Source of the DNA: Candidatus Saccharimonadota bacterium
GTDB lineage: Bacteria; Patescibacteriota; Saccharimonadia; Saccharimonadales; UBA4665
NCBI GenBank assembly: GCA_963718045.1
Contig: OY970350.1
Span: 510,001 to 542,000, forward strand
Length of the DNA stretch: 32,000 nucleotides
Reading direction: 5' to 3'
A program made the translations under genes and the position numbers. Positions 15,725 through 25,011 of this stretch are shown piece by piece. Each line of letters begins with the position of its first letter. Within the stretch, counting starts at the first letter, position 1. The notes under the pieces were generated by a model that was given only the letters and a program-made list of their open reading frames with translations, was not told the DNA's origin and did not search any database.

Positions 15725-15919
15725 CTACTTAAGGCGTATTAGCCATATAGTTACGCCAGTGGAAATTGCCACTAATGCGTAAAATATACCAAGTCCAACT
15801 GGTGAACCCCAGCTAAACCAGCTTCCCCAGGCTCGCCAGTTTTTCCAGTGTTCGGCATGATGCTGCTCATACCACTCCATGGCTGCCTTATCGTCTAGTT
15901 TTTCTTTCATATATTTCAC
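15725..15919 (-). CDS. Small Trp-rich membrane protein (64 aa, one C-terminal TM)
   Basis: ORF with SD-like aaagggtg 6-7 nt upstream. WKNWRAWGSWFSWGSP is followed by the TM segment VGLGIFYALVAISTGVTIWLI. Confidence 0.45.
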   Translation of the reverse strand: MKYMKEKLDDKAAMEWYEQHHAEHWKNWRAWGSWFSWGSPVGLGIFYALVAISTGVTIWLIRLK

Positions 15920-16098
15920 CCTTTATTTAGTTACTCTGTAACTAACATCATCGACCATATGCTAGGTTGCCCTTAAGGTGAAAACCACATTCCCTTTTTG
16001 TCACGAGCTATGACAGGGTTGTTGCAAGGTGGATTTATATCATTAATATAATAATATCACTAAAATTGAAATAACTATTTGCAAGAACTAATGCTGGC

Positions 16099-16803
16099 TT
16101 ATTTCGAGTCTTTAAGGTAATACTTCAAGGCTTGCTCGGCGGCCATTTGCTGGCCAGCTTGTTTTGAAGGGCCGGTGCCTTCACCTCTTAGCTGATTGTT
16201 TACAAAGACACCTACAGTGAATGTCTTATCATGATCTGGACCATCTTCTTTTATTACCCTATAAAACGGTGTGGCCATTTCCTTGCTTTGAGCTAGTTCC
16301 TGAAGATGAGACTTAGAGTCCATCCAAGAACCGCTGGCTAAGATATTGTCGAACTTCGGGATAACGCTTTCGTGGATAAAAGCTTTAGCCCTGTCATATC
16401 CTTGGTCAAGATAAAGAGCACCGACAACAGCTTCGAAACAATTAGCCAGTATTTGTCTTCTAGCCCTTAGGCTGCCTCGAGCTTCGCCGCGGCTTAGTCT
16501 AAGTAGCGGCTCAAAGTCATGGCTCTCGGCTGCTTCAGCTATGCTTTCCGTCCTTACTAGGCTGCTCCGCCAATTAGTAAGTACGCCTTCAGGGTCATCA
16601 TACTTGTCATAAAGAAATTCAGTGACTACCAGCTCAAGTACGGCATCACCTAAGAACTCGAGTCTTTCGTTATGTGTCTTAACTGTTTTCCTATGCTCGT
16701 TTAAATAAGAGCGGTGGGTAAAAGCAGTGATTAACAGATTAATGTCTTTAAAATCTGCCTCTAGTTTGTCCTTGGCAAAAGTTTGGTATCTAGAATTGTC
16801 CAT
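16099..16803 (-). CDS. rnc: Ribonuclease III
   Basis: Signature NERLEFLGDAVLELVV plus a C-terminal dsRBD (SKSHLQELAQ...GTGPSKQAGQQMAAEQAL). Confidence 0.94.
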   Translation of the reverse strand: MDNSRYQTFAKDKLEADFKDINLLITAFTHRSYLNEHRKTVKTHNERLEFLGDAVLELVVTEFLYDKYDDPEGVLTNWRSSLVRTESIAEAAESHDFEPLLRLSRGEARGSLRARRQILANCFEAVVGALYLDQGYDRAKAFIHESVIPKFDNILASGSWMDSKSHLQELAQSKEMATPFYRVIKEDGPDHDKTFTVGVFVNNQLRGEGTGPSKQAGQQMAAEQALKYYLKDSK

Positions 16804-16809
16804 AGTTTT

Positions 16810-17304
16810 TTAAAATTTGCCTTCCCGTATCTTTTTCATAGCTATTAGGATTAGTTTACCAATGTCATCATAGGCAATCATATCGACTGCTTTAGCGGCC
16901 GGCAGCCAGCGGATATCGCCTAACCAGTCTTCGGGGTGAAGCTTACTGGTATTGCCTTTACCTTCGACCAGCCAAATATGCATGGTCATAAGGACTAGAG
17001 AGTGACCGCGGCGATATCTAAAGTTAACCTTGCCCAGCCAAGATAGCACTTCCATATCTTGAAGTCCTGTTTCTTCGCGTATCTCGCGCTCGGCAGTAGC
17101 ACCAGGTTCTTCGCCTGGTTCAACGTGGCCTTTTGGTATTGTCCAGCGATCTTTTGCGTCTTTAATAAGCAGTATTTCTACCTTGTCGTTTTTCTTCCTA
17201 TAAACCACACCGCCGGAGGTAGTTTCTCTAACTACTTCAGAGATCACTGGCCGTCTTTTATGGACAAGCTCCTTGATGCCTTGTATAGGCCTTGGTTTCT
17301 TCAT
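16810..17304 (-). CDS. NUDIX hydrolase
   Basis: Canonical Nudix box [23 protein letters not shown]. Overlaps the nusB stop by 4 nt. Confidence 0.87.
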   Translation of the reverse strand: MKKPRPIQGIKELVHKRRPVISEVVRETTSGGVVYRKKNDKVEILLIKDAKDRWTIPKGHVEPGEEPGATAEREIREETGLQDMEVLSWLGKVNFRYRRGHSLVLMTMHIWLVEGKGNTSKLHPEDWLGDIRWLPAAKAVDMIAYDDIGKLILIAMKKIREGKF

Positions 17305-17789
17305 TTGACGGCCTTTTTAGCTTTCGGTTTAGCCTTTTTGGCTGTTTTCTTTGGTTTCTCTTCTTCTAGGTTGTTTTTATATATGGTACCTAGAACTCCG
17401 TTAATAAACTTCGAGGAGTTATCGCCGCCAAAAGCTTTAGCTAGTTCAACAGCTTCATTTATAACTACTTTAGTGGGCGTGTCTTTATAGTAAGTTAGCT
17501 CATATAGTCCCATCCTTAGAATGATCCGGTCCATTCTAGATATCTGATTAATTGGCCATTCAGGGGCAATAGGCTGAAGACGGGCATCTAGTTCAGATGC
17601 CTTTTCATCTACGCCCTTAACTAACTTAACAATAAAGTCAGTGTCTTCGACCATGCCCTTGTAGCGGCTGATATTCCTATTTAGGACCTCATCAAGGTCA
17701 AACTTCTTATCTTCAGCATCAAGACGAAACTCTTCTTCGTATAGTGTCTGAAAGGCTATTATTCGTCCTAAGTGTCTATTGGATGCCAT
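17301..17789 (-). CDS. nusB: Transcription antitermination factor NusB with a Lys-rich C-terminal tail
   Basis: [14 protein letters not shown]..., [39 protein letters not shown]. The track ORF extends to 17852, but the ATG at 17789 is preceded by SD-like aaaggga and matches the usual NusB N-terminus. Confidence 0.88.
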   Translation of the reverse strand: MASNRHLGRIIAFQTLYEEEFRLDAEDKKFDLDEVLNRNISRYKGMVEDTDFIVKLVKGVDEKASELDARLQPIAPEWPINQISRMDRIILRMGLYELTYYKDTPTKVVINEAVELAKAFGGDNSSKFINGVLGTIYKNNLEEEKPKKTAKKAKPKAKKAVK

Positions 17790-17856
17790 GCTGTTAATTC
17801 CCTTTCTTTTTAGACTTATCGCTCTAAAGTTCAAGGTAGCTCTATGTTTCAAGCTC

Positions 17857-18012
17857 TTATTCTGATTTAGCTAGCTTCTTGCCTGTTTCTTTTAGGGTAG
17901 TCTCAACTTTTATTGGCGACTTAGCATTAACACGCCTAGCCAGCTCGAGTCTTAAGTGACTGCGGCGGCTACCAGTTTTTCTAGGACTAGTTCGTTTTTT
18001 GGGCTTACCCAT
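17857..18012 (-). CDS. rpmF: 50S ribosomal protein L32
   Basis: Hand translation gives [51 protein letters not shown] (51 aa). The PK(K/R)RTS..R...RR(S/A)H N-terminal motif is typical of L32. SD aaggag lies 8 nt upstream. The ORF is below the 60-aa track cutoff. Confidence 0.82.
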   Translation of the reverse strand: MGKPKKRTSPRKTGSRRSHLRLELARRVNAKSPIKVETTLKETGKKLAKSE

Positions 18013-18151
18013 AAATACATTGCTCCTTTTTGCTGTTAGGATGCTTAAACTTCTCCTCTATTATATCTAAGATTGACAGGTATTTAAAGTGATCTAATGG
18101 GGCACAGTCAGTCGGTTATTAAGTCTAGTCCCTGATGGACATATATTACGT

Positions 18152-18466
18152 TTAGTGCCTATCTCCATATCGACCGTAAGCTTCACCTGTTCGTTGTTCA
18201 CCTGTTTGGCGCCCATAAACTTCATCAATGTGACCTATCGCTAACATCAAAGCCGAGTGTTCTCCTCTTAGCTCTTCAGGGTATTGCCCCTCTATCTCGT
18301 AGCGAGAACGTAACTCACTTGTTAGGCTAGTGATCCGTTCATCAATCACATTCCCGATTGCAAATAATGCACCTGTATCTTCGTCTGAACCATATGCGCC
18401 CCAAAATAACTGCTCATTACTCCAGTCCGCCGGATCGCCGGACTGACTTATTGCTTCACCTACCAT
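18152..18466 (-). CDS. Hypothetical acidic protein (104 aa) with an internal motif duplication
   Basis: SD aaagggga upstream, and the ORF lies 45 nt downstream of the leuS stop. Contains GALFAIGNVIDE and SALMLAIGHIDE. Confidence 0.5.
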   Translation of the reverse strand: MVGEAISQSGDPADWSNEQLFWGAYGSDEDTGALFAIGNVIDERITSLTSELRSRYEIEGQYPEELRGEHSALMLAIGHIDEVYGRQTGEQRTGEAYGRYGDRH

Positions 18467-18511
18467 AAATATCCCCTTTCAGATTCTTATACCATAAAAC
18501 ACAATTTATAG

Positions 18512-20971
18512 CTAGCTGGTAACAATATTTATTAACCTGTCAGGTACAAAGATAACTTTAATAACTTCCCTATTTTCAATGTGTTTTTTAACTAGTTCGC
18601 TGGCCAGTGCTTCCTTTTCAGCTTCATCTTTAGAAGTGCCTGGTTTTAGCTCAAGCTTAGCTCTTAGTTTGCCGTTAATCTGGACAACAATTGGGATCGT
18701 GTCAGCTATTAGGTATTTATCTTCCCATTTGGGCCAGGAATCTATATGGATAGTCTGACTATGGCCTAATTGCTGCCATAGTTCTTCGCTTATATGAGGG
18801 GCAAACGGAGCGGTGCAGGCAACTACTGCCTCTAAGGCTGCCTGCCATTCCTTATTCTTCTTTAAATACTTAACTTTAAGCTTATATAGGTCATTTAAGG
18901 CGGTCATAATGGCCGAAATAGCGGTGTTATAGCGGTTATTTTCAATGTCCTCGGTGACTTTCTTGATCATTGGGTTGATAACCCTCTTAAGCTCTAGGCT
19001 AATTTCAGGAGTCAAGTCACCTTCTTTAGCTTCCGAGTACTCGAAGCACAAGTTCCATAACCTATTTAAGAATCGGTAGGCCCCTGGAACACCTTTTGGA
19101 TCCCATTTAACCCAAAGGTCAAGTGGAGCGGCAAACATTAAATAGATTCTTAGGGCGTCAGCACCATAGCCGTTTGCTATTATTTCTAGCGGATCAACAC
19201 CGTTACCTTTGCTTTTAGAGAACATCGTGCCGTCACTGGCTGTTACCTTGCCGTTAAACAGGAACTGTTTGAATGGCTCTGGTTTATTAACCAGGCCAAT
19301 TTTAGTGAAGAAGCGGGCCAGAAAGCGGGCATATAGAAGATGAGCGGTAGCATGATCGGCTCCATTATAGAAATCAATTGGTTCCCATTTTTTAACTACC
19401 TTTGGATCAAAGATCTTTTCCTGATTGTGGGGATCAAAGTATCTGTACATATACCAACTGCTGTCTATGTAGGTATCAAGGGTGTCTGTTTCTCTTTCTG
19501 CCAGGTCACCGCACTCGGGACAATCTACTTTAAGCCAGTCGGAAGCTCTCGCTAGAGCGCTGCGGCCATCGCCAGTTGGCTGGTAGTCTGTTATTTCAGG
19601 TAGGATTACCGGCAAATCTTTCTCTGGTACTAATACCGGACCGCATTTTAGACAGTGAATAATAGGAATCGGTGCTCCCCAATAGCGCTGCCGGCTGACA
19701 CTCCAATCAAGCATGCGGTAGTTAACTTTTTTGTGTCCAATACCAAGCTTAACCAGTCTGCCTAGGATCTTATCTTTAGCTTCTTTAAAAGTTAGACCAT
19801 CAAATTCATCGGAGTTTGTAAGGGTGAATTTTGTTGGTTCTTCTTTAATATCTGCATAAGAAATAAACTCCTGCTCTTTTGTGATGTAAACTATGTCCAG
19901 CTTATTATTTAGGGCAAACTCATAGTCTCTTTCGTCGCTGCCTGGAACAGCCATAATAGCACCAGTGCCGTAGCCTTCTAAGACATAGTCGGCCACCCAG
20001 ATTGGTATCTGTTTACCGGTTAACGGATGGATTGCGTAGCTGCCGGTAAAGACACCTGTCTTATTTTTACCTGCCTGACGATCAACTTCGGTCTTCTTTT
20101 CAGCATCAACTACATAAGCTTTAACTTCAGCTTCGTTCTCTTTGATAGTTAATTTGCTTGTTAGCTCATTTTCAGGAGCCAGAACCATGAAGGTAGCACC
20201 GTAAATGGTGTCTAGGGCCGTGGTAAAGACCTTAACTACCTCTTCATGGTCTTTAACTTTAAAGTCTATTTCAGCGCCAATGCTTTTACCTATCCAGTTA
20301 ACTTGGGCTAATTTAACACTTTCAGACCAGTCTAGATCATCTATTGCTTCAAGCAGTTCATCAGCGTAATCAGTTATCTTAAAGAACCACTGTTTAACCT
20401 CTCTTTTCGTGACAAATGGATCATTAGGGCCATCGTGGCGCCAGCATTTACCGTCAATTACTTGTTCGTTGGCTAGAACAGTTTTATCTATATCGCACCA
20501 CCACTGAAGTCTCGAAGCCATATATACCAGGCCGTGCTTATATAGTTCCTCAAATATCCACTGGGTCCATTTGTAGTATTCGGGCAGGTGAGTGGCAATC
20601 TCTTTCTCCCAGTCATTGCTCCAGCCCATCGCCTTATATTGTTTGTGATATAAGGGAATTATCTGGGCCATGCTGGCCTGCGGTGAGATACCAGCTTTTA
20701 TGGCGTAATTTTCAGCCGGTAAACCAAAAGCATCCCAGCCAACCGGATGATAGCTCTCATAACCCTGCTGTCTCTTAAATCTAGCCATAACGTCAGATAT
20801 GGTGTAGTTCATAGCATGGCCAATATGTATGCCTGTGCCTGAGGGATAATTAAACATACTCATGGCTATATATTTGGGCTTATTAGAATTTAGATCAGTG
20901 GTATAAATACCGGTCTCTTCCCAAATACCCTGCCATTTCGGTTCTATCTCCGAAGGTATATATCTCTTCAT
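18512..20971 (-). CDS. leuS: Leucine--tRNA ligase
   Basis: 819 aa. HIGH motif (GIHIGHAMNY), KMSKS-type motif (FSKSKGN) and typical LeuS editing-domain and C-terminal regions. Confidence 0.97.
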   Translation of the reverse strand: MKRYIPSEIEPKWQGIWEETGIYTTDLNSNKPKYIAMSMFNYPSGTGIHIGHAMNYTISDVMARFKRQQGYESYHPVGWDAFGLPAENYAIKAGISPQASMAQIIPLYHKQYKAMGWSNDWEKEIATHLPEYYKWTQWIFEELYKHGLVYMASRLQWWCDIDKTVLANEQVIDGKCWRHDGPNDPFVTKREVKQWFFKITDYADELLEAIDDLDWSESVKLAQVNWIGKSIGAEIDFKVKDHEEVVKVFTTALDTIYGATFMVLAPENELTSKLTIKENEAEVKAYVVDAEKKTEVDRQAGKNKTGVFTGSYAIHPLTGKQIPIWVADYVLEGYGTGAIMAVPGSDERDYEFALNNKLDIVYITKEQEFISYADIKEEPTKFTLTNSDEFDGLTFKEAKDKILGRLVKLGIGHKKVNYRMLDWSVSRQRYWGAPIPIIHCLKCGPVLVPEKDLPVILPEITDYQPTGDGRSALARASDWLKVDCPECGDLAERETDTLDTYIDSSWYMYRYFDPHNQEKIFDPKVVKKWEPIDFYNGADHATAHLLYARFLARFFTKIGLVNKPEPFKQFLFNGKVTASDGTMFSKSKGNGVDPLEIIANGYGADALRIYLMFAAPLDLWVKWDPKGVPGAYRFLNRLWNLCFEYSEAKEGDLTPEISLELKRVINPMIKKVTEDIENNRYNTAISAIMTALNDLYKLKVKYLKKNKEWQAALEAVVACTAPFAPHISEELWQQLGHSQTIHIDSWPKWEDKYLIADTIPIVVQINGKLRAKLELKPGTSKDEAEKEALASELVKKHIENREVIKVIFVPDRLINIVTS

Positions 20972-21034
20972 TATGTCTCTAGTTTAATCTAACCTATATT
21001 ATTACGCACCATGTTCTTTTGCTAAAGCGCGGAT

Positions 21035-22201
21035 TTAAAACTGTTTGAGGTAGTTGGTATTAAATGAAGTTGTGAGTGCTTTTTTAGCGTTAAAGCGCTC
21101 AATGGCATAACCGATTAATCTATTAACCAGTTCAACATTAGAGATGCCGGCCTTGGCCCAGTTATGGGCGTAGAGACCGCCGGGAAGCGGGTTTACTTCG
21201 TTAAAATAGACGATCCCGGTTTTAGCATCGATAAGCATATCTACCCGCGAGATGCCGGAAAGGCCAAAGATTTTATAGACATCCAGACCTGTTTTTTCAG
21301 CTAGGCCGTAAAGATCTTTGTCTAGATTGGCCGGTATTTGGCTATACCCTTGAGAGCCTTTTGTTCCCTTGCCGCCCTTTTTGCCACCTTGGAGGTATTT
21401 AGCGTCAAAGTCAAAGAAGTCTTCCGGTTTAGTTAGGGGCTTCTCTAAAAGTGCCGGGACTGGGTTATCATTGCCTATTATTGGCAGAGTAACTTCAACC
21501 AGGTTAGCTACTTCTTCTTCGACAATTACCTGATCGTCATAATGGGCAGCTACTTCAAGAGCATTGGCTAGTTCGGAATCATTAGTAACTCTTGAGATAC
21601 CAATGCTTGAGCCCAAGTGTGTTGGTTTTACAAATATAGGATAGGTAAGCCTTGTTTTGATATCTTTTAGGACTTTAGCTGGTTCTTGTTCGAGTTCAGC
21701 TTTAGAGGCAAAAACATATTTAGTTACTGGGATATGGTTATCTTCAGCTATTTGCTTGGCGGTCAGCTTGTTCATGGCAATACTACTTGCTGCCAGGCCG
21801 CAGCCGACATATGGTACACCAGCTAGATCAAGCAGCCCCATAAGAGTGCCGTCTTCGCCGTAAGTGCCGTGCATTGATGGGAAGACTAGATTAACTCTTA
21901 TGTGCTTCTTGCGTCCGGCAATACCACTGGCCTTAACAATCTTTAGCCCGCCGTCTAGTTCTAGGCTAATAGGGTGCAAACGGTCTATTAGATCATTGAT
22001 GCTGTCTGAGGTATAGACAGATATATCTTTTAATTTATCGTCTGAATACCAAGCACCATTTTTAGTTATATAGATCGGTAGAACATGGTACTTCTTGGTT
22101 AGTTCTAGTGGCTTAATAATGTTGGCAAGGGCCGTGATGATAGATATGTCGTGCTCGGCTGATCGCCCGCCAAATATAACTGCTACTGTATCCATAAGCA
22201 T
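21035..22201 (-). CDS. ddl: D-alanine--D-alanine ligase
   Basis: VAVIFGGRSAEHDISI, HGTYGEDGTLMGLLDLAGVPYVG, ATP-grasp motifs, C-terminal EVNPLPG. Carries a Gly/Lys-rich insertion (GGKKGGKGTKGSQG). Confidence 0.93.
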   Translation of the reverse strand: MLMDTVAVIFGGRSAEHDISIITALANIIKPLELTKKYHVLPIYITKNGAWYSDDKLKDISVYTSDSINDLIDRLHPISLELDGGLKIVKASGIAGRKKHIRVNLVFPSMHGTYGEDGTLMGLLDLAGVPYVGCGLAASSIAMNKLTAKQIAEDNHIPVTKYVFASKAELEQEPAKVLKDIKTRLTYPIFVKPTHLGSSIGISRVTNDSELANALEVAAHYDDQVIVEEEVANLVEVTLPIIGNDNPVPALLEKPLTKPEDFFDFDAKYLQGGKKGGKGTKGSQGYSQIPANLDKDLYGLAEKTGLDVYKIFGLSGISRVDMLIDAKTGIVYFNEVNPLPGGLYAHNWAKAGISNVELVNRLIGYAIERFNAKKALTTSFNTNYLKQF

Positions 22202-22248
22202 ATATTAATGAGATTGCTACAATTAGGCAATACAATTTCTCAGTACAA

Positions 22249-23700
22249 TTAAATGTAATTGTCGGTCCAGTCGTTTTGCATCAAGACTAGATCACCGCTT
22301 GCTAGGAAACTGGCAATATTGGTGTAGTAGAGCAGGGGATCAGTCCGTCTGTCAATCTCCCCTTGATAGCCTGCTTCTTTAAGACCCTTAACTATATATT
22401 TTGTTACCGAGTTTTCCATTAGAACGACAGTGTCTGGAGCAGCGTCTGCTATTAAGGCACCTACCTCTTCATGAATCTTGCCTGTTTCACTGCCTTGGTC
22501 AACTAAACCCGGTGTAACATATATCTTCCTTTTAGCGTCGAGCTCTTTAAGGAGGGCTGTGCCTGCTTTGATACCTTCCAAGTTGCCGTTATATGTATCG
22601 TCAATGATCCAGGCGCCATTTATGGTATACGGCTGCATTCTATGCTCATATGCTTTAACTTTCTTTATACCTTCTTCAATTTGCTTGTTGGTTAGGCCTA
22701 AATTGTAGGCCATAGCAGCGGTTAGAGCGATTGGACCAATTTGGTGCCGGCCAATTAAGCTGCTAGATAAATTAAATGTCCTCTTGCCTTTTGTGAGTTT
22801 AAATTTGAGACCCGTAATGTCACTTCTTACATTACTAACCTGCCAGCCTAAAGCACCGTCACGGTCATAGGTAACCATACCTTCTTTAACGCGCCGAGCA
22901 GCTTCAGGTGATTCTTTATTGACGTAGATTTTATTTAAAGGAACTCGTTGAGATAGACTAAATATATCTTCGGCTGCTTTATCTAGCGTCTTATATTTGT
23001 CTAGATGGGCTGGTGCTATACCGGTAATAACTGCCAGATCTGGTTCTAGGGTGTCAGAAAACCTCGCTACATCACCTGGCCCGCCTTCACCAAACTCGAC
23101 GATTACGATGTCTTCTTTGCCGCTTAGGGACTTAGCAAAAGTATAGTGAGATGTAGCAACGTTCTTATTGGCTGGTGTAGCCGCTACTTTTTTGCCTTCT
23201 GATAGGACAGTGTTCAGCAATTCCTTCATTGAGGTTTTACCGTAACTGCCGGCGACTGCTATTTTGATAGCTTTTGTTTTAGTGAAAATCCGCTTAGTTG
23301 CCTTAACTGCTTTTTGCTCTTTCGGCTTTATGATTAATTCTCTGGCAGCAAATACCGGCAAACAAATAAGGTGGGACCAAACAACCGGAAAGGCAATTAT
23401 GGTGGCTAGTCCGTAACACCAGCCAAAATAGATTGTGCCGGTGAAGGATAGGATGATTAAGACAACACCGGCTGCTATTTCAATAATAATACCTGAATAT
23501 ATGGTTTGAAGTATTAACTGGGCTACTTCCGTTTTATCTAATTCCCGGCGGTTTCTAATTTTAGAGAAATCTTCTGTTTTCCAGAGCCATTTGAGATACG
23601 GCCATACCCTATATTCAGTACTTTGAAGCATGTAAGTTACAGTCTTGGGAAATTCTAGAGAGTAAAAGGCCCTGGTGGTATTTAGTATTTTTTTGATCAT
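22249..23700 (-). CDS. Mur ligase family protein, MurF-like, with the N-terminal domain replaced by a 2-3 TM membrane anchor
   Basis: P-loop IAVAGSYGKTSMKELL at about residue 150, central and C-terminal Mur ligase domains, and IIDDTYNGN (compare MurF DDxYNANP). Residues 60-125 are hydrophobic helices. Adjacent to ddl. Confidence 0.7.
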   Translation of the reverse strand: MIKKILNTTRAFYSLEFPKTVTYMLQSTEYRVWPYLKWLWKTEDFSKIRNRRELDKTEVAQLILQTIYSGIIIEIAAGVVLIILSFTGTIYFGWCYGLATIIAFPVVWSHLICLPVFAARELIIKPKEQKAVKATKRIFTKTKAIKIAVAGSYGKTSMKELLNTVLSEGKKVAATPANKNVATSHYTFAKSLSGKEDIVIVEFGEGGPGDVARFSDTLEPDLAVITGIAPAHLDKYKTLDKAAEDIFSLSQRVPLNKIYVNKESPEAARRVKEGMVTYDRDGALGWQVSNVRSDITGLKFKLTKGKRTFNLSSSLIGRHQIGPIALTAAMAYNLGLTNKQIEEGIKKVKAYEHRMQPYTINGAWIIDDTYNGNLEGIKAGTALLKELDAKRKIYVTPGLVDQGSETGKIHEEVGALIADAAPDTVVLMENSVTKYIVKGLKEAGYQGEIDRRTDPLLYYTNIASFLASGDLVLMQNDWTDNYI

Positions 23701-24446
23701 AGAAATTCTTTAATTAATTCTACTACTACTTTTGGGTTATCTCTCAGGATGAAGTGGCCAGATCCTGCCACTATTTCAAGTGTCGAGCCTTCAATTAACT
23801 GGTGATACAGCTCGCCAAATGCTACCGGGGTCTCGTCATCCTCTTCACCGTAAATTAGCAAGGTCGGGACTCGGATCTTAGAAGCATCAACGCGTAGATC
23901 TTCAGCCACTATCTTCTTAAAGCTGGAACTGAGGTTATTGGCAGTTAAGTAGTCTGAACCAACTTTTACGTAAAGTTTCTGCCTTAGCTTTTTTCGGGTT
24001 GCAGAGGGCAGGGGAAGGCTCAGTATTTTTGCCGTCTTAGCTGCCAACTTCACTGCCCCGAGTCTTCCCTTTTGGCTAATTCTAATTCCTGAGGCATCTA
24101 AAAGTATTAGTTTCTGAGGATTAACTATATTGCTGGCAGCAGCCTTAATAGCGATAGCCGCACCATTACTGTGACCAACTAGGCCGTATAGATCATCAAG
24201 CCCTACTTTCTGGCAAAAACTGGCCACAAACTTGGCATATTCTTCTAAGCCCCAGTCCCCTTCTGGTGTTTGGCTGGCACCAAAGCCAGGCAGATCAATG
24301 GCTGTTACATCGTAGTTTTTATATAGTTCATTAATAATTTCCACGTAGTCGGCTAGACTAGTTGCCCAGCCATGGAGTAAAAGAAGCTTCCTGCCACTGC
24401 CCTGCCTGACGTAGTTTGTCAAAAGCTTATCGGTAACTACTTGCAT
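23697..24446 (-). CDS. Alpha/beta hydrolase fold protein
   Basis: HGW oxyanion region (LLLLHGWATS), nucleophile elbow GHSNGA, C-terminal GSGHF histidine motif. Overlaps the MurF-like gene start by 4 nt (ATGA). Confidence 0.82.
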   Translation of the reverse strand: MQVVTDKLLTNYVRQGSGRKLLLLHGWATSLADYVEIINELYKNYDVTAIDLPGFGASQTPEGDWGLEEYAKFVASFCQKVGLDDLYGLVGHSNGAAIAIKAAASNIVNPQKLILLDASGIRISQKGRLGAVKLAAKTAKILSLPLPSATRKKLRQKLYVKVGSDYLTANNLSSSFKKIVAEDLRVDASKIRVPTLLIYGEEDDETPVAFGELYHQLIEGSTLEIVAGSGHFILRDNPKVVVELIKEFL

Positions 24447-24518
24447 AAGCCTATTATACTTGAGGTTTGACTGGGAGCTAACAGGTTATTTGATTTAGGT
24501 TCGGCAGTCTTTCGACAA

Positions 24519-24755
24519 CTATTGAGGATCCTGTGGTGGTAAATCGGTAAATTCTACAGTTTCCTGCATTGCAAGCGGTGCGGCATCTTTAGGTATTACA
24601 CGAGCAATGGCAAAAAGTCCAACGGCTCCTTCAGCATCCTGGGCATTTTGTAATATTCCACGCTTCAGCATGATCCTATCCACAAGAACGTGATTGTCTG
24701 TAGGAGGTGCATCGTTAAACACCCACCCTGTATATAAGTCTTTTTCCATTGGCAT
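24519..24755 (-). CDS. Hypothetical small protein (78 aa)
   Basis: The ORF starts 9 nt downstream of a TTGTAT-16-TATAAT promoter. No recognisable domain. Confidence 0.42.
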   Translation of the reverse strand: MPMEKDLYTGWVFNDAPPTDNHVLVDRIMLKRGILQNAQDAEGAVGLFAIARVIPKDAAPLAMQETVEFTDLPPQDPQ

Positions 24756-24764
24756 AACCCGAGT

Positions 24765-24792
24765 ATTATATACCTCTGATGAATAAATACAA
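24765..24792 (-). promoter_or_regulatory. Sigma-70-type promoter (TTGTAT-16-TATAAT) abutting a start codon
   Basis: Minus strand reads gtaTTGTATttattcatcagaggtaTATAATactcgggttATG. Confidence 0.45.
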
Positions 24793-25011
24793 TACTTCTT
24801 GTATAGTGTGGGAATTAATACATCGATCTAATTAAATAATTGGCGTGTGGGGTACGGGACTAATCGGTGGGTAGTAACCTGGAATCTTTGACTAATGTAC
24901 TGATGGTTATCAACAGATACCACTACTGTTCTTCGGGCGGGTTTAGCTTCAATATGCGGTAGCTTATTTCTCCACTGAAACCACTAGGGGTAGATCCTCC
25001 GTGCCAGGGGT

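Noticed and set aside
15920-16098. Known riboswitch identity (fluoride/crcB, guanidine-II/III) for the leader of the small membrane-protein gene.
   Set aside because: A GAUGAUG string is present. However, the conserved crcB pseudoknot elements and the ACGR-loop hairpins of mini-ykkC are absent, and the downstream protein is not CrcB- or SugE-like.
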